Virus record (IMG/VR): IMGVR_UViG_3300029305_003884
Location: 114,043 to 178,042 of that record
Origin: a virus
Lineage: Duplodnaviria > Caudoviricetes
Length of the DNA stretch: 64,000 nucleotides
Direction: 5' to 3' (one strand)
The notes under the pieces were generated by a model. That model ran no database searches. It had not been told where the DNA came from and was given only the letters and a program-made list of their open reading frames with translations. Below are positions 19,393 through 30,900 of this stretch, piece by piece. The translations under genes and the position numbers were made by a program. How positions within the stretch are numbered: the first letter of the stretch is position 1; each line of letters begins with the position of its first letter.

Positions 19393-22300
19393 ATGGCAGC
19401 GAAAACACAGATAACTAATAAGGGACTTGAACTATTGGCATCTTCATCTAAGGCGACTGGCCAGCACTGGTGGATTGGATGGTACGCCCTGGCGTTCGTG
19501 CCTGATGAATTGCAGGAAGAGGATGGAGAAAAGCTCAGCCCTTCGATGACGAAGCTGACGGAAAATGGAGATATCATCTATAATATCTTCCAGGGCGACA
19601 TGAACGGTGACGGCTACCAGACGACCAAGGCCAGTTCGAAATTCAAGTCCGTAAACTACGATAGCAACATCAAGAAGAACTATCGATATGTTCTTGATGA
19701 GGATGGAAAGAACAACCTCGTTACATTCGTTGACGGAACAAAGGGCTTGAAGGGTGCCTATGTCTATCCTGGTGTCGAGGTGAACACGTCCCGTGACAAC
19801 AACGGCATCGGCTATACAAAGTCTCAGATTCCGTTGCCTGCCCCGCTGTTGTACACTGGTGTAAAGGCCGCTGGCGAAGGATGGTCTATCAACGGTATGA
19901 ACATTTTCCTCGGTTCAGGAAACTATAGCATTGACAAATTCTATCCAGTGGAAGAAGTCGATGGTGTTGCCGTTCCGAGGGTGTCTACGGATTTCCGTAA
20001 CTATGAAGGTTACAAGAATGGATTGCCGAAACCAGAGTCTGGGAATAAATATGAAGATGGATTGGACGAGTTTAACTCCGACCCTTCCAACCCCAATAAG
20101 GTGGATTCAGACGGATGGACTCCTTCTGTATATACTTATACACAGAATGACGAAACGGACATGGGCGAAGACTATAACCAATACTGTTTGGAGTATTGGA
20201 AAATCCTTTCCATCTCGAACTTCAACAAGTATTGTGCCCCAGTCAACGCATCTAGCCTCCTGTATGATGAAAATACGGGTTGCCGCAACATGGCCAAGGC
20301 CACGAAGTACTTCCCGATTAGCGACTACTCTGTAACGAGTACCGCCAAGACTGCCGATAACGAGTATGCTACGGGCATTAAGCTCAAAGTCCAGTTGAAA
20401 CTCAATGGAAATGCAGAGGACGATGCTTATTTCAAGGACGTTGAAGGTGATGCCGACAATGTCGCTTCGTTGATTCCGTCTCCGACCGAAGAACAGCAGA
20501 AGTTGTTTAATAGCCAGATGGTCTCGTTCAAGTTTAACCGTATTGGTATCTATGCCGTTCCGATGAGACAGTACGGATGCTCTGGTGACAGTGCCGAGAT
20601 GAAGGCCCAGTATCAGATTGATACCGAAGCCGAACCAGTCCTGTTTGCCGTATGTGAATGGGATTCCCCAGTCACGTTGAGCGACTCTGGTGAAGGCTTG
20701 TCTGAATTCCAGTCCGATATTTTCGTTGACCTCTCCGCAGCAGTCGACGATTCTTCTGTAATCCGTGAAAGCGCCGTGTTCTACAACCTCTATGAGGACG
20801 ATGCCATCGACTGGTACAAGAACCAGCTGGTTGCTAACGCTGCCATGGGTGAAGCCATCATCAACATGCAGATTGAGATGGGCTATATCCGTGACCAGAA
20901 GAATGCCAAGGGATGCTGCCCGAAGCAGGAAGAAATCAAGCAGAATAACAAAGTTTCAACTGGGTTGAGAAACCTGGTTGATGCCGAGGATTATAATTCG
21001 AACTCTGTTCGGAACAGGCTTGCTGCGGAAGAAGGCAAGGCAATCGATGCAGTGTATTCCGATACGATACTACATTTTGGTGGATTTGGTGTCCCTCACG
21101 TAAACCGAGCAAACCTTCCTGGAATTTATGCACGAAAGACTACGGTAGTTCATGAGCAGGAAGAAGGCCAGACGCCGATAACGGAAAATCATTATTCCGC
21201 TTTCTTTGGCGAAAGCTGTTATATGAAAACTCCGTTCGAGGATGCGGTATTTAAAGACAGTGATGATAATGACATTACGTATCATGACATGGCCACAACC
21301 TCATACACGGAAGATGAGGAACGGGCTACTAGAATAGGTAAGTTGTGGGTTCGACGAGACTTGTATTATGAAGTGTACTCGTTCGTTAAGCCGATGAACC
21401 CGATGGTTGATACATTGACTTATGATTATCCTGACGACGTTGACACGAATGGACTTGTCAATCCAACAGGAACAGTGGTTGATACCTTTGGTGAGACACT
21501 GCCTGGTCGGGGCCAAAACGGAACCGTGATAATTACTAAGACCTCAGCGGGCACTAAGTGGAAGGATAAAGATGCAACAACATCAAACCCAGGGTTGCCG
21601 CCTGAGTTGACAGCGGCGGCGGTTCCTGAGCTTTATGCTGAAATAGACCGTTCGCTTTCAGACTATGAAACCCAACGTGTTTATGAAGTTCCTTATTATC
21701 AGTATACGTTAAACCGTGACTACAGTGGGTATGCTGTTGAGAGAACTACATCGTTGAGGCTGCCGAAAGTACAACTCTACAACATAAACCAGTTGTCTGA
21801 GATTAAGCAGCAGTTGAGTTCTACTAAATGGAGAATTCCTACCCTTTCTGACTGGAAAGCGATTATTGCTGAGAGTACTGATGAAAAAATGGCGAAGATT
21901 AGGTCTTCGGCAAACTGGAATCAGACTGGTGGAGATGGTGGGGTTTTCCCGCTTGGTGGTGCAATGAGTACTCGTTCAGGAAAGACTCTTTACTATGACA
22001 TGGAGTCTCCTGCAATATACTTGGCTATTGATGGAGTGACCGACCAGGTTGTGGTAATGCGTGAAAACCCAGAAACAAATAAATTTGGGTTTGAAATTAT
22101 TAGTACGCCTAGCGCTCCTAATGGTTCGGTAAATTATATAAGTATCCTCTGTGTAGCTGATGCCGTCAAGGTGTCCGACCCAATTACTAAGTATAAGCTC
22201 GGCTACGACTCATACGCCCTCATGGAAGGAAGCGTTAGTGCGGGTACGCATAATTTCAATGCTAGCGAGAATAGCATTATTACCGAGTCCGCTCATTACA

Positions 22301-24204
22301 ATAGCATATTTGGGGGAATGAACAATACTATCAACAACTCGTCCCACAATATGGTGCTGAACGGGTTTAATAACCAGTTGATGGGTGCAGTGTTTGCTAC
22401 GGTTTGCGGTAATGATAATTTACTGCAACTGGATTCTGATAATGCCCCAGTATGCAACACGCTGATGGTTGCTCGTCATAGCGTGGCTCGTGGATGTTTG
22501 ACCTCGCTAATTGCTACTGAAAATTCTGAAATTGATTCAACAAAGATATGCAGTGTATTGGGAAATAACATCAGAATCAATAGCGCTTCTGTATGTTGGT
22601 GTTCTCGTATCGCTGCTGATGGTTCAGAGTTTACCCGTGAAGTAAAATGTTCGGACGTGTTGGCGCATTTGGCACACCACATTCCTCAGCTATACATGAC
22701 TAGGGCGACGGTGTCAAATGTAGGTGTACCCAATGTAAAAGGCCTCGATGAAGGCACTGGAATACTGAATTGTAGTGACTTTATTGGATATAACGTACAG
22801 TTTTTTGCTAAACCGACCGAAGACCAGTCTGATATTAGCGATGATAGGACTCTATTCTGTAGTCGCATGGCGGGTCAGTCTTCTGGGTTGATTAAGGCAA
22901 AGGCTATTCTGTCTGATGTGTATACTCAGTTCGACGGGTCAGGTTGGAACAGTAGGTTTAAATACCGAACATTGGAATCAGTATCCATTTACGAGAGTAG
23001 CATTAAACTGTGCAATTCTACCATTGGAAGCAACTATATAGACAACCCAGTAGATTCTGGCAGAATTTCCTTCTGTGATATTTCTCTTTGTTCTAGCATA
23101 ATGCTGCTGACGACTGAGGGAGCATCTGGTACGACGAAAGATATCGCTTTCGGCGTAATGAAACTTGCAAATTCCTGCATTAAGCTGAGCGATTGTGCAT
23201 ATATCTATGATGTAGGTGATAATCATTGTCTGCGTGAATCAAACATCCGTTATGCTACATTGGTGGGTAAGACACTAACTCTGACATCTGGTACCTTCCA
23301 GAACATGCATCTGTATGGTTCATTGACTCTGTTCACATCTTTGGCAAACCACCTCATCTTGAGTGGATTGGATGGAACCAATGTAGGAAATGGATTCGCC
23401 GCAAGCAATTATATTTCTGAGTTTGGGTCTTTCATTGTGGCAAACGACCATGGATATCCGATGATTTGGTCATTGGGTGGCGTTGGTATGTACATGAACA
23501 AGATGATTCTCGGAAACTGTGGTGTAAGCGGTGCTTCTGAACCTCATATTGGTGATGTCCTTACTGTCGTAGGTGTTGAAGGTAATTTGGCGACAGTTGC
23601 CTGGATGCCGGGTGGCACGAACGGAAAGTTTGGAACAATCAATTTGGAAGTGACGTTCAAGTGTGCTAATACTGGATGGGCACAGGGTGCAGGCGGCGAA
23701 TATGCAATGAACCTGTGGGCTCTAAGAGACACCAGTAGGGCAGATTGCATTGTCCTAAATGGCGAGAATATTCCTAATAGTGGCAATGTGGTTGAGACCA
23801 TGAATGGACGCCTTGGTAATAGCGATATTAAATTCAAGGTTGAGAATGGCCTGTTGGTGCTTGAAAACACGGGTAGCGACACCTATACGATTTCGGGAAG
23901 TGCAGCTTGCGCCGAAGTATCTAGGACTAACGTCGGCGAACCGACGAGTTCATCCTATGGCTGGAATATGTGGGATACTGATGACTTTATACCTATGCCT
24001 CTTGGTCATTATTCCGCTGCATTGAATACGGATAGTAATGTCGGTGCCAACGGTACTTACGACGATATGCTTAGGTATCTCATTTTGGGCTTTAAGAAGA
24101 GCGATGATGCACAAGGTGCTGGAGAGCTATGCGGCGTGACATTGGCTGAGGACCAAGAGTTGGTATGCAAGTATAGCGTGAATATCAATTATCGGAAGTC
24201 GTAA
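19393..24204 (+). CDS. Long tail fibre / receptor-binding protein with FISUMP-like domain and Cys-rich beta-helical C-terminal half
   Basis: N-terminal 'QITNKGLELLA' and 'FKFNRIGIYA' resemble tail-collar fibre N-termini. Internal 'LYN..WRIPTLSDW..KIRSSANW..ISILCV'. N/S/I-rich repeats. Start placed at ATG 19393, downstream of the promoter. Confidence 0.7.
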   Translation: MAAKTQITNKGLELLASSSKATGQHWWIGWYALAFVPDELQEEDGEKLSPSMTKLTENGDIIYNIFQGDMNGDGYQTTKASSKFKSVNYDSNIKKNYRYVLDEDGKNNLVTFVDGTKGLKGAYVYPGVEVNTSRDNNGIGYTKSQIPLPAPLLYTGVKAAGEGWSINGMNIFLGSGNYSIDKFYPVEEVDGVAVPRVSTDFRNYEGYKNGLPKPESGNKYEDGLDEFNSDPSNPNKVDSDGWTPSVYTYTQNDETDMGEDYNQYCLEYWKILSISNFNKYCAPVNASSLLYDENTGCRNMAKATKYFPISDYSVTSTAKTADNEYATGIKLKVQLKLNGNAEDDAYFKDVEGDADNVASLIPSPTEEQQKLFNSQMVSFKFNRIGIYAVPMRQYGCSGDSAEMKAQYQIDTEAEPVLFAVCEWDSPVTLSDSGEGLSEFQSDIFVDLSAAVDDSSVIRESAVFYNLYEDDAIDWYKNQLVANAAMGEAIINMQIEMGYIRDQKNAKGCCPKQEEIKQNNKVSTGLRNLVDAEDYNSNSVRNRLAAEEGKAIDAVYSDTILHFGGFGVPHVNRANLPGIYARKTTVVHEQEEGQTPITENHYSAFFGESCYMKTPFEDAVFKDSDDNDITYHDMATTSYTEDEERATRIGKLWVRRDLYYEVYSFVKPMNPMVDTLTYDYPDDVDTNGLVNPTGTVVDTFGETLPGRGQNGTVIITKTSAGTKWKDKDATTSNPGLPPELTAAAVPELYAEIDRSLSDYETQRVYEVPYYQYTLNRDYSGYAVERTTSLRLPKVQLYNINQLSEIKQQLSSTKWRIPTLSDWKAIIAESTDEKMAKIRSSANWNQTGGDGGVFPLGGAMSTRSGKTLYYDMESPAIYLAIDGVTDQVVVMRENPETNKFGFEIISTPSAPNGSVNYISILCVADAVKVSDPITKYKLGYDSYALMEGSVSAGTHNFNASENSIITESAHYNSIFGGMNNTINNSSHNMVLNGFNNQLMGAVFATVCGNDNLLQLDSDNAPVCNTLMVARHSVARGCLTSLIATENSEIDSTKICSVLGNNIRINSASVCWCSRIAADGSEFTREVKCSDVLAHLAHHIPQLYMTRATVSNVGVPNVKGLDEGTGILNCSDFIGYNVQFFAKPTEDQSDISDDRTLFCSRMAGQSSGLIKAKAILSDVYTQFDGSGWNSRFKYRTLESVSIYESSIKLCNSTIGSNYIDNPVDSGRISFCDISLCSSIMLLTTEGASGTTKDIAFGVMKLANSCIKLSDCAYIYDVGDNHCLRESNIRYATLVGKTLTLTSGTFQNMHLYGSLTLFTSLANHLILSGLDGTNVGNGFAASNYISEFGSFIVANDHGYPMIWSLGGVGMYMNKMILGNCGVSGASEPHIGDVLTVVGVEGNLATVAWMPGGTNGKFGTINLEVTFKCANTGWAQGAGGEYAMNLWALRDTSRADCIVLNGENIPNSGNVVETMNGRLGNSDIKFKVENGLLVLENTGSDTYTISGSAACAEVSRTNVGEPTSSSYGWNMWDTDDFIPMPLGHYSAALNTDSNVGANGTYDDMLRYLILGFKKSDDAQGAGELCGVTLAEDQELVCKYSVNINYRKS

Positions 24205-24839
24205 TGAAGCTCTGCCAACTGAACCTGACAACGAAGTGCAACTTTTCCTGTCCAGAATGTCCGACAGGAGAGTGGCACAACTTTGTCGAAAAGCCTCAGT
24301 ATATTGTGAAGAATGCGGACTTGTTCCGTTTTCTTCGCAAACTGCCGCCTGATGTATGGGAAGTCGAACTGACGGGTGGAGAACCCTCCCTGTATGACGG
24401 TATAGATGAATTGGTCAACTGGCTTGAACTTAACGGTTATCACGGCGAGATAAAGACAAACGGTTCACGCAAGATTCCTCGTATGGGTTCAATGAAGATG
24501 ATATCGGCATGGCACAGATGGGACCAGAGGCCGATAGACTACGACATGATACTCATAGTCAAGAACCTGTTCGACCACGAGGCCGAGAAGATTCAGTATT
24601 GCGAGGACAACCACATCCCGTATAGGCTTACTGACCGTATTGGAGACCAGCACCCTCGGTACAGGCATGGCATCAAGGGCTACATTGGGGTAAACCCTGC
24701 TGGCTCAATCGTACCTTGCCCTAAGATGAGTGCGAATGACTCGATGCCTAGAATATCTGACAAAGAATACACATTGCCAAAGGGGTATATCTGCCCTTGG
24801 TGCAAGACGGGACAGGACTATGAGATATTTACAAAATGA
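24204..24839 (+). CDS. Radical SAM protein
   Basis: CxxxCxxC 'CNFSCPEC', 'LTGGEP', 'TNG', and C-terminal Cys 'VPCP..ICPWC'. TAATG overlap with the fibre gene. Confidence 0.9.
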   Translation: MKLCQLNLTTKCNFSCPECPTGEWHNFVEKPQYIVKNADLFRFLRKLPPDVWEVELTGGEPSLYDGIDELVNWLELNGYHGEIKTNGSRKIPRMGSMKMISAWHRWDQRPIDYDMILIVKNLFDHEAEKIQYCEDNHIPYRLTDRIGDQHPRYRHGIKGYIGVNPAGSIVPCPKMSANDSMPRISDKEYTLPKGYICPWCKTGQDYEIFTK

Positions 24840-24862
24840 AGCGGGTTATTTCCCGCTTTTTT
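24839..24862 (+). terminator. Rho-independent terminator
   Basis: AAGCGGG/CCCGCTT stem plus T run. Confidence 0.8.
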
Positions 24863-24884
24863 GATATCTTTTTTATCTCCATTA

Positions 24885-24894
24885 TATAAACTAT
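24885..24894 (+). promoter_or_regulatory. Late-type promoter TATAAACTAT
   Basis: Exact motif upstream of 24928. Confidence 0.8.
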
Positions 24895-24927
24895 ATGTGA
24901 AATTGAGTCCATTACAGGGATTTTAGT

Positions 24928-27900
24928 ATGAATATGCCGCAAATTGTGCTCGAAGCCATGTCCCCCAAAGATATTGACAAGGCAGTCAAGGCAGACGCCA
25001 GAGAGAACTTTCAGAAGCTGATAAGCTATACGTTCCCGATAACCGAGGAAATGGCGAAAAACGCCCACTCGTACGAGATTGAGAAGCGGGTAACAGAAGA
25101 GCATCAGCCAGTCACCTTTGAATGGGTTGCCAAACACTATTCGGACCGTGATGTCGGCATGATGATTGACCTTGCCAAAAGCATTCTGCCGAAGAAGCGT
25201 GTACGCAGCATTTTCTTCAGTACGAAGAGTCCGAAGGAACAGGCGTATTACGCCCGACAGTATCATGAACTTGCCGCACTTAAATGTGATGATGGTTCGG
25301 ACGGCGTTAAGGACGTGCCGACCGTATTCGAGCGGTTCTTGAAGCTTATCGGTAAGAAATTGAACGAGAAGGCGGATAACACCTTTGTTACTACGTATGA
25401 TAAAGAAGGTGTACCCACAACGAAGAAGCTGGATGGTGAGGCTCAGCTCAACGAAGTCGCTGGAAGCTACTATAGCGTGCTCGAAGAGGCATTGAAGACC
25501 AACTATGTCTCTGTCATGAAGCAGATGAGTACCCAGAAGTATACCGAATCTGAGGATGTCGGTAGATATGCGGCTTTCCTCAGGTACATCTTCCAGTATG
25601 TGGACGATGCACGTACGCAGAGGAACCCATCTACTGGCGAGAAAAAGCAAATGCCCCTGAAGGAGCTCTTCGGCATGGGTAGCGAGAACCTCGCTAGGAA
25701 AGTGTTGTCGCCGATTTCTGGAAGCTCTTTGGGTGCTAAGACTAACTGGGGTTCTGTTCTCAATGCGGGTAATGCCATACTGAAGAGAATCGACCCGTCG
25801 AGGCTGACTAACAGTAACCTGGATGATATCTATATCTATCCTCAGTATGTCGTCGATGTGCTGTCTCTGACGAATGAGACTATACCGAGGTTCTGCGCCG
25901 TGTTGAAAAACCACAATTACGGTGACATTGCCGAAGCGTTGAGTAATGGAAAGCCTACTGGTAAGGCACAGAACACGAAGCTTGACATTACGTCATCTCG
26001 CCTTATTGCGGCGTTGAAGGACAAGGGAGTCATCAGTGACTGCCTCAAGGCAGACCTTGCTGATGTTTTCAAGAAGTGGGGAGACAGCTGGGTGACTCAG
26101 GAACCTAGCGGCAATGTCACTATTTCGTTGGATAAAACCCTTGCTGAAAGGCCGAAGATGGATAATGCTGATGAGAATACTGTCAGAGCAGTCGGTGTCG
26201 CAATTGGCCAGCCTAAAAAGCGTTCTAATACCTTCCGTGAATATACGGGCGAAGACATTGTCGACCAGGCTCATAGGGACATGACCGTAGCTAAGGCTAC
26301 GGTTGTCAAGAACCTTAGCCAGGAAAAGATTGATGCGGAACTCGAACGTATGAAGATGGAAGGCGTTCCGCTTTCTCAGAGACTGGACAACTTGAAGACT
26401 GATGAGGGAATCGGTAAGGCCGAAGATAAGCTCGGACGTGATATTGGCAAGGATATGAAGGCCGCTAAGAACTATAAAGGCGACGCCGCTGAGACAAGTG
26501 TCGTGTTCTTTACGGATGACGGTAAATCTCACACATACAAGGTTGGTCCTCAGATTGATATCCAGCTTGCCAAAGATGTCGTCCCGAATGTTTTCTTCCG
26601 TAAATCGCAGGCTGGTGTCTACTTCATCGCTATTCCGCACGGAGTTGCATTTGCCACCATGCAGAATAAAGAAGGTGAAATCATTCGCAACGATACGCCT
26701 GATACCTTGACCGATGGATTGACCTGCAATAATAAGAGGGCTATCTTCGCCTCGGTGAAGGAATTGATGAATTCAGCTATCGGTAGGTATAGCAGGGCTG
26801 TTGCTCATGATGGAAAAACAGGTCGAATTCGTTTCAGCTCACCTGCAGCGAATAACGCATATGCCCAGGTTCTTGCTGCCTTGAAGGAAATGAAGGCTCA
26901 GGACCTGGCGTTCCCTGATGTAAAAGTAACGGACATGACTGGTCTAGTCACCTTGTTTAAGAGCATTCTTTCGGTGACTGTTCCTGATGAGGAGAATATC
27001 AATGAGATTCTAAAGCCGTTCTCGACCCCAGGAAACGACTTGACGATGACTGTTGAGACGTACAATCCTGCTACTGGAAAATTCGTATTCAATACTAAGG
27101 CGTCCCCGAAAACGCTAGTCACCCACTTGAAGGAGATGTACAACCTTGGTAGTCCAAAGGTTGTTATGAACGTCTTGAACGTGCTCGTTCCAAATAGGTG
27201 GAACCTGAGCGAATGGAACTACTCTAACGTAGTGAGAGCCGCAAAGGCGATGAATGCTGAGGGTGATGAGGACGAAGGCGATGCCCAGAATGCGTATTAT
27301 GGAGACCTGAACGACGCTTTTAAGAAAGCGTATGAAAGGGTGTTCCCTAATCCAGATGAGGCAAACTTCGATTTGGAACATACGAAGGATTTGCGAGATG
27401 AAATCGTCGCTGAATTGGCTGAGTATGGAAACAACGAGGCCGCACGAGATGTCTTGAAGATAAAATTCAGTGATTTTACCGATTTCACCCGTCAGCTGGA
27501 AAATGTTGGCAAGTATAATGATGCCGATACGGATGGCCAGCCAGACGATGGCACGGATAGTGTCGATTATTTTGATGACCATGCCGTCGTTGACGAAAAT
27601 GGCTATAACAGCTATGAGAATTACAATGACGCTATGTCTCACGTCGATGCACAAGAAGACGAGGAATCGATTCCTGACACAAGTGCATTCGGCGATGATG
27701 ATAGCAATCTAGCACAGAGAGCGCTCGACTCTGCAATAAGGACGGTGTGCGGAACGACTGAGCCTTCTTCTATTGATGCCGCCCGTACTTCCCGTATACA
27801 AACTACGCTTGCAAAACTTTTGGTCAAACTTCAGTCCAAAGGCTTCATTCGCATTAAAATTGCTCATGCAGTACAATCTATTCAGTTCAAGAATTATGCC

Positions 27901-30900
27901 GATTTCAGGAATAAGTACTGGTCTATTGTTGCGGATGCGATTGAAAAACGTCCTGGTGTTAGCGATAACCGTCTCCGTATGGATAAATTTGTCGAGGATG
28001 ACATCAACGCTTATGCTAAGCCGATGTACTTTACCAAGCAAATCTTGCGTTCAGGCTTGGATGATGCCGCCTATAATGGAAGTGACCGTATGGTTATTCC
28101 AGTAATGGGTGCGTTGATGATTAAATATGCGACGGAGCACGCAATCAAGAACAATAGTCTTGAGCAATTGTTCGACCGTGACGACCTGGTTGAATCGTTC
28201 AACGAGAATTTCACTAAGGAATATGACGAGAAGAAATCGGCAGGTACACCTGATTTTAATGCATATGCTGCGATGAAGCAGAAAATCGACGCTGACCCAG
28301 AATACATCACGAAGGTTGCCAATATTGTCGTGAAGAATGCCGATGGTGTTGTCAAGGATGTGATGGGAGTTCCTGTCGGTAGCGGAAGTATGCCTGTTCA
28401 GTTCGATGCCCAGACTGCAAGGACGCCTGGTTCGCCGGGTCGAGTGCTTGTAGACTTCTGCCTGTACAATGTCGAAAGCGACAAAACGGCGGAAAGGAAT
28501 AGGCTGCATGAGGCATTCGGTGCCAGCAACAGTATCCGTATCATGTTGGAGAAATTGCGTCGTTCTGTTCCGAGTGAGTGCTTGTCTATCGACTACGGCA
28601 ACGTTCCAAACGGTCCAGGAAAATTGGATACGATGGACGCAAAGAAGATTGAAGAAAGTGAATGGTCAAATCTGAAGTCATATTACGGACGTGCTTCGAT
28701 TTGGAAGGATAGGTACAGTAGCCTTAAATCCAAAATCGATGACATTTACAGGCTTGGTAGTCCAGACGCCTTCGAGGTGGATGCGGGCGATACTTCTCCG
28801 TATAAGTACGACAATAAAATGATTGACCTTGGAGCGGTTCATGATTTCTTTACGAGCCTGATGACGTTGGCTAGTACGTACAATGACCTCGGTGCCAGTG
28901 AGAAGAACGGAAGCGTTACTGAAAGACAGGTTGCTCGTCAGATGACTCTAAACAATGAGGTGCAACGCCAGAAGGTGCTCATCAATTCTCATTTCATGAA
29001 GTTGAAGGCTTCGTTTGATAGCATATACAATGGAGTGAAGAATGGTGGTACGTTGACCGAGAAGCAGAAGAACATTGTTGATATGGTGATGCATGAGGTC
29101 GTGCTGAACCCGATGAACGTGCTTATCAACAATAACGCAAGGCTCATCACGGCATTCGCCTACTATGAAGCCCTCGTCGGTATGAAGGGCGAACGTGACC
29201 TGTCGCCAACGGGACGGGAATATGGCTTTGGTAGTGATGCTGCTAAGGGTCTTGGTAAGGAAGGCGAGATTGTTGGCCGTAATTCTGCGGTTGATACAGC
29301 TGACGCTGGTCTGCAGCTGGTTTATACAATCATGGGGACGAAGGGTATCCGTGAAAAGGCGGCTCAGATTGAAAAACATATCAGCCCAGAGAAGGCTAAG
29401 TCCGACTTTGAGGAGTATTTCGCTGAGTTCGGAAGTCAGTATCCAACCGCTGTTGACCTCTTGAACAGCGTATCCACTAAGGAAGAGCTCAAAAAGAAGA
29501 AGGGCGATAGGATGTTCTTCTGTGACTATGCGGGTGATATTCCGAAGAGAATCACTGAATCCGAAAGCCTGTACATGGCACGAGTCCGCCAAATTCGTAC
29601 GAGCGAAATGATACTGCTTATGTTCAATCTGTCTTCTGATATCCTGAACTCTGTGAATGGACACGGATACGGAAATGACATGAATGAATACCATCGTATC
29701 ATGGCCGCTCAGGGTGGATTGGTGAACTCCGATGCAATGGCTGACGGAAGCATTGAGATACTATCCAAGAAACTTCTGAATGAGCTTGTTAATGTTGATG
29801 CCGAGCTTGCATTGGCAACTGATGCTGTTTCGAAACGTGGCGGTAATAACCCTGCCGAAAAGGCTCGTGGCGTTCTGCGTGGTAGGGAAAAGTATCCGCA
29901 GAACAAGACGAATGAGTTTATCGATGAGCTTGTCAGCGATGATAAGCTTGACGTTAACAAAATGCAGGACCTGCTCGTTGAAATGGGCCGTGATGGAAAT
30001 CCCACCCTCGTTGGCGGCGGTAGTGCGATGAACCTTGATGCAAGCTTGGATGTATTGGACGTAGGGGATAACAATATGCTTATCCACTCCAACAACAAAC
30101 TCAAGTTGCGCCAGGGCGATTTCCTTGTCATTCGTGCAGGTAATGCTGTCCGAGTGGCGAACGTGCAGGCTGTTGCAGGCGACGCTAAACTGAGGAACTA
30201 CTATATTGACCGAGTGTATGACCTCAAGGTTGGCGACGAGAAAGTTCCGTTCAGCCGCTTCCAGTCAAGAAACGTACTTTCTCCTCGTGATTTGATGGAT
30301 AGATTCGACGATGTCATCGTAACATTGGGCGAATGGCATGATGATTACCCGGATTTTGTCCCTGCGGATATCATACACAAACTTATCGTGTTGAACCAGG
30401 TATACCGTACGTCTGCATGTTCTGATGTGATGAAGTCAGCAGTTTCTTACTATGCATGGCGTGCCAGCAATTACCGAGAAGAGAGCCTCAAGCCACAAGA
30501 AATTGTGTTCAAGGGTGCTCCTATTAACGGTTCGGTTGTGAGAAAGCTTGTCCTGGCGATAGTTGAAGACTTGAAGAAGTTCGGTCGTGGCGGTGAGCTT
30601 GAACATCTGGACCGTTATGACACGATTTGGAATATGCTGCCTGATGATTTCAGGGAAGTTGCGGCTCAGTTCAATCTCAGCATCGGTTCTCCGTCTGCTG
30701 GCAAGGAAGAGGCCAAGGATTACTCCAACATCGTGAAAGCAACAAGTCTTGACCTGAACCAGAAAAACATCATGTCTAGTCTCGTTGCCGCTATCGGAAA
30801 GCGCTATGGACGTGTGAAGCTTGCATATATCGACAAGGCATTGCAAAAGCCAGAAATCAAGCAAAACTACAATATCAACGACGCCGAGGTCCAGAATATG

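Noticed and set aside
19393-24204. Diversity-generating retroelement acting on the fibre
   Set aside because: No reverse transcriptase or template/variable repeat pair is seen in this window.
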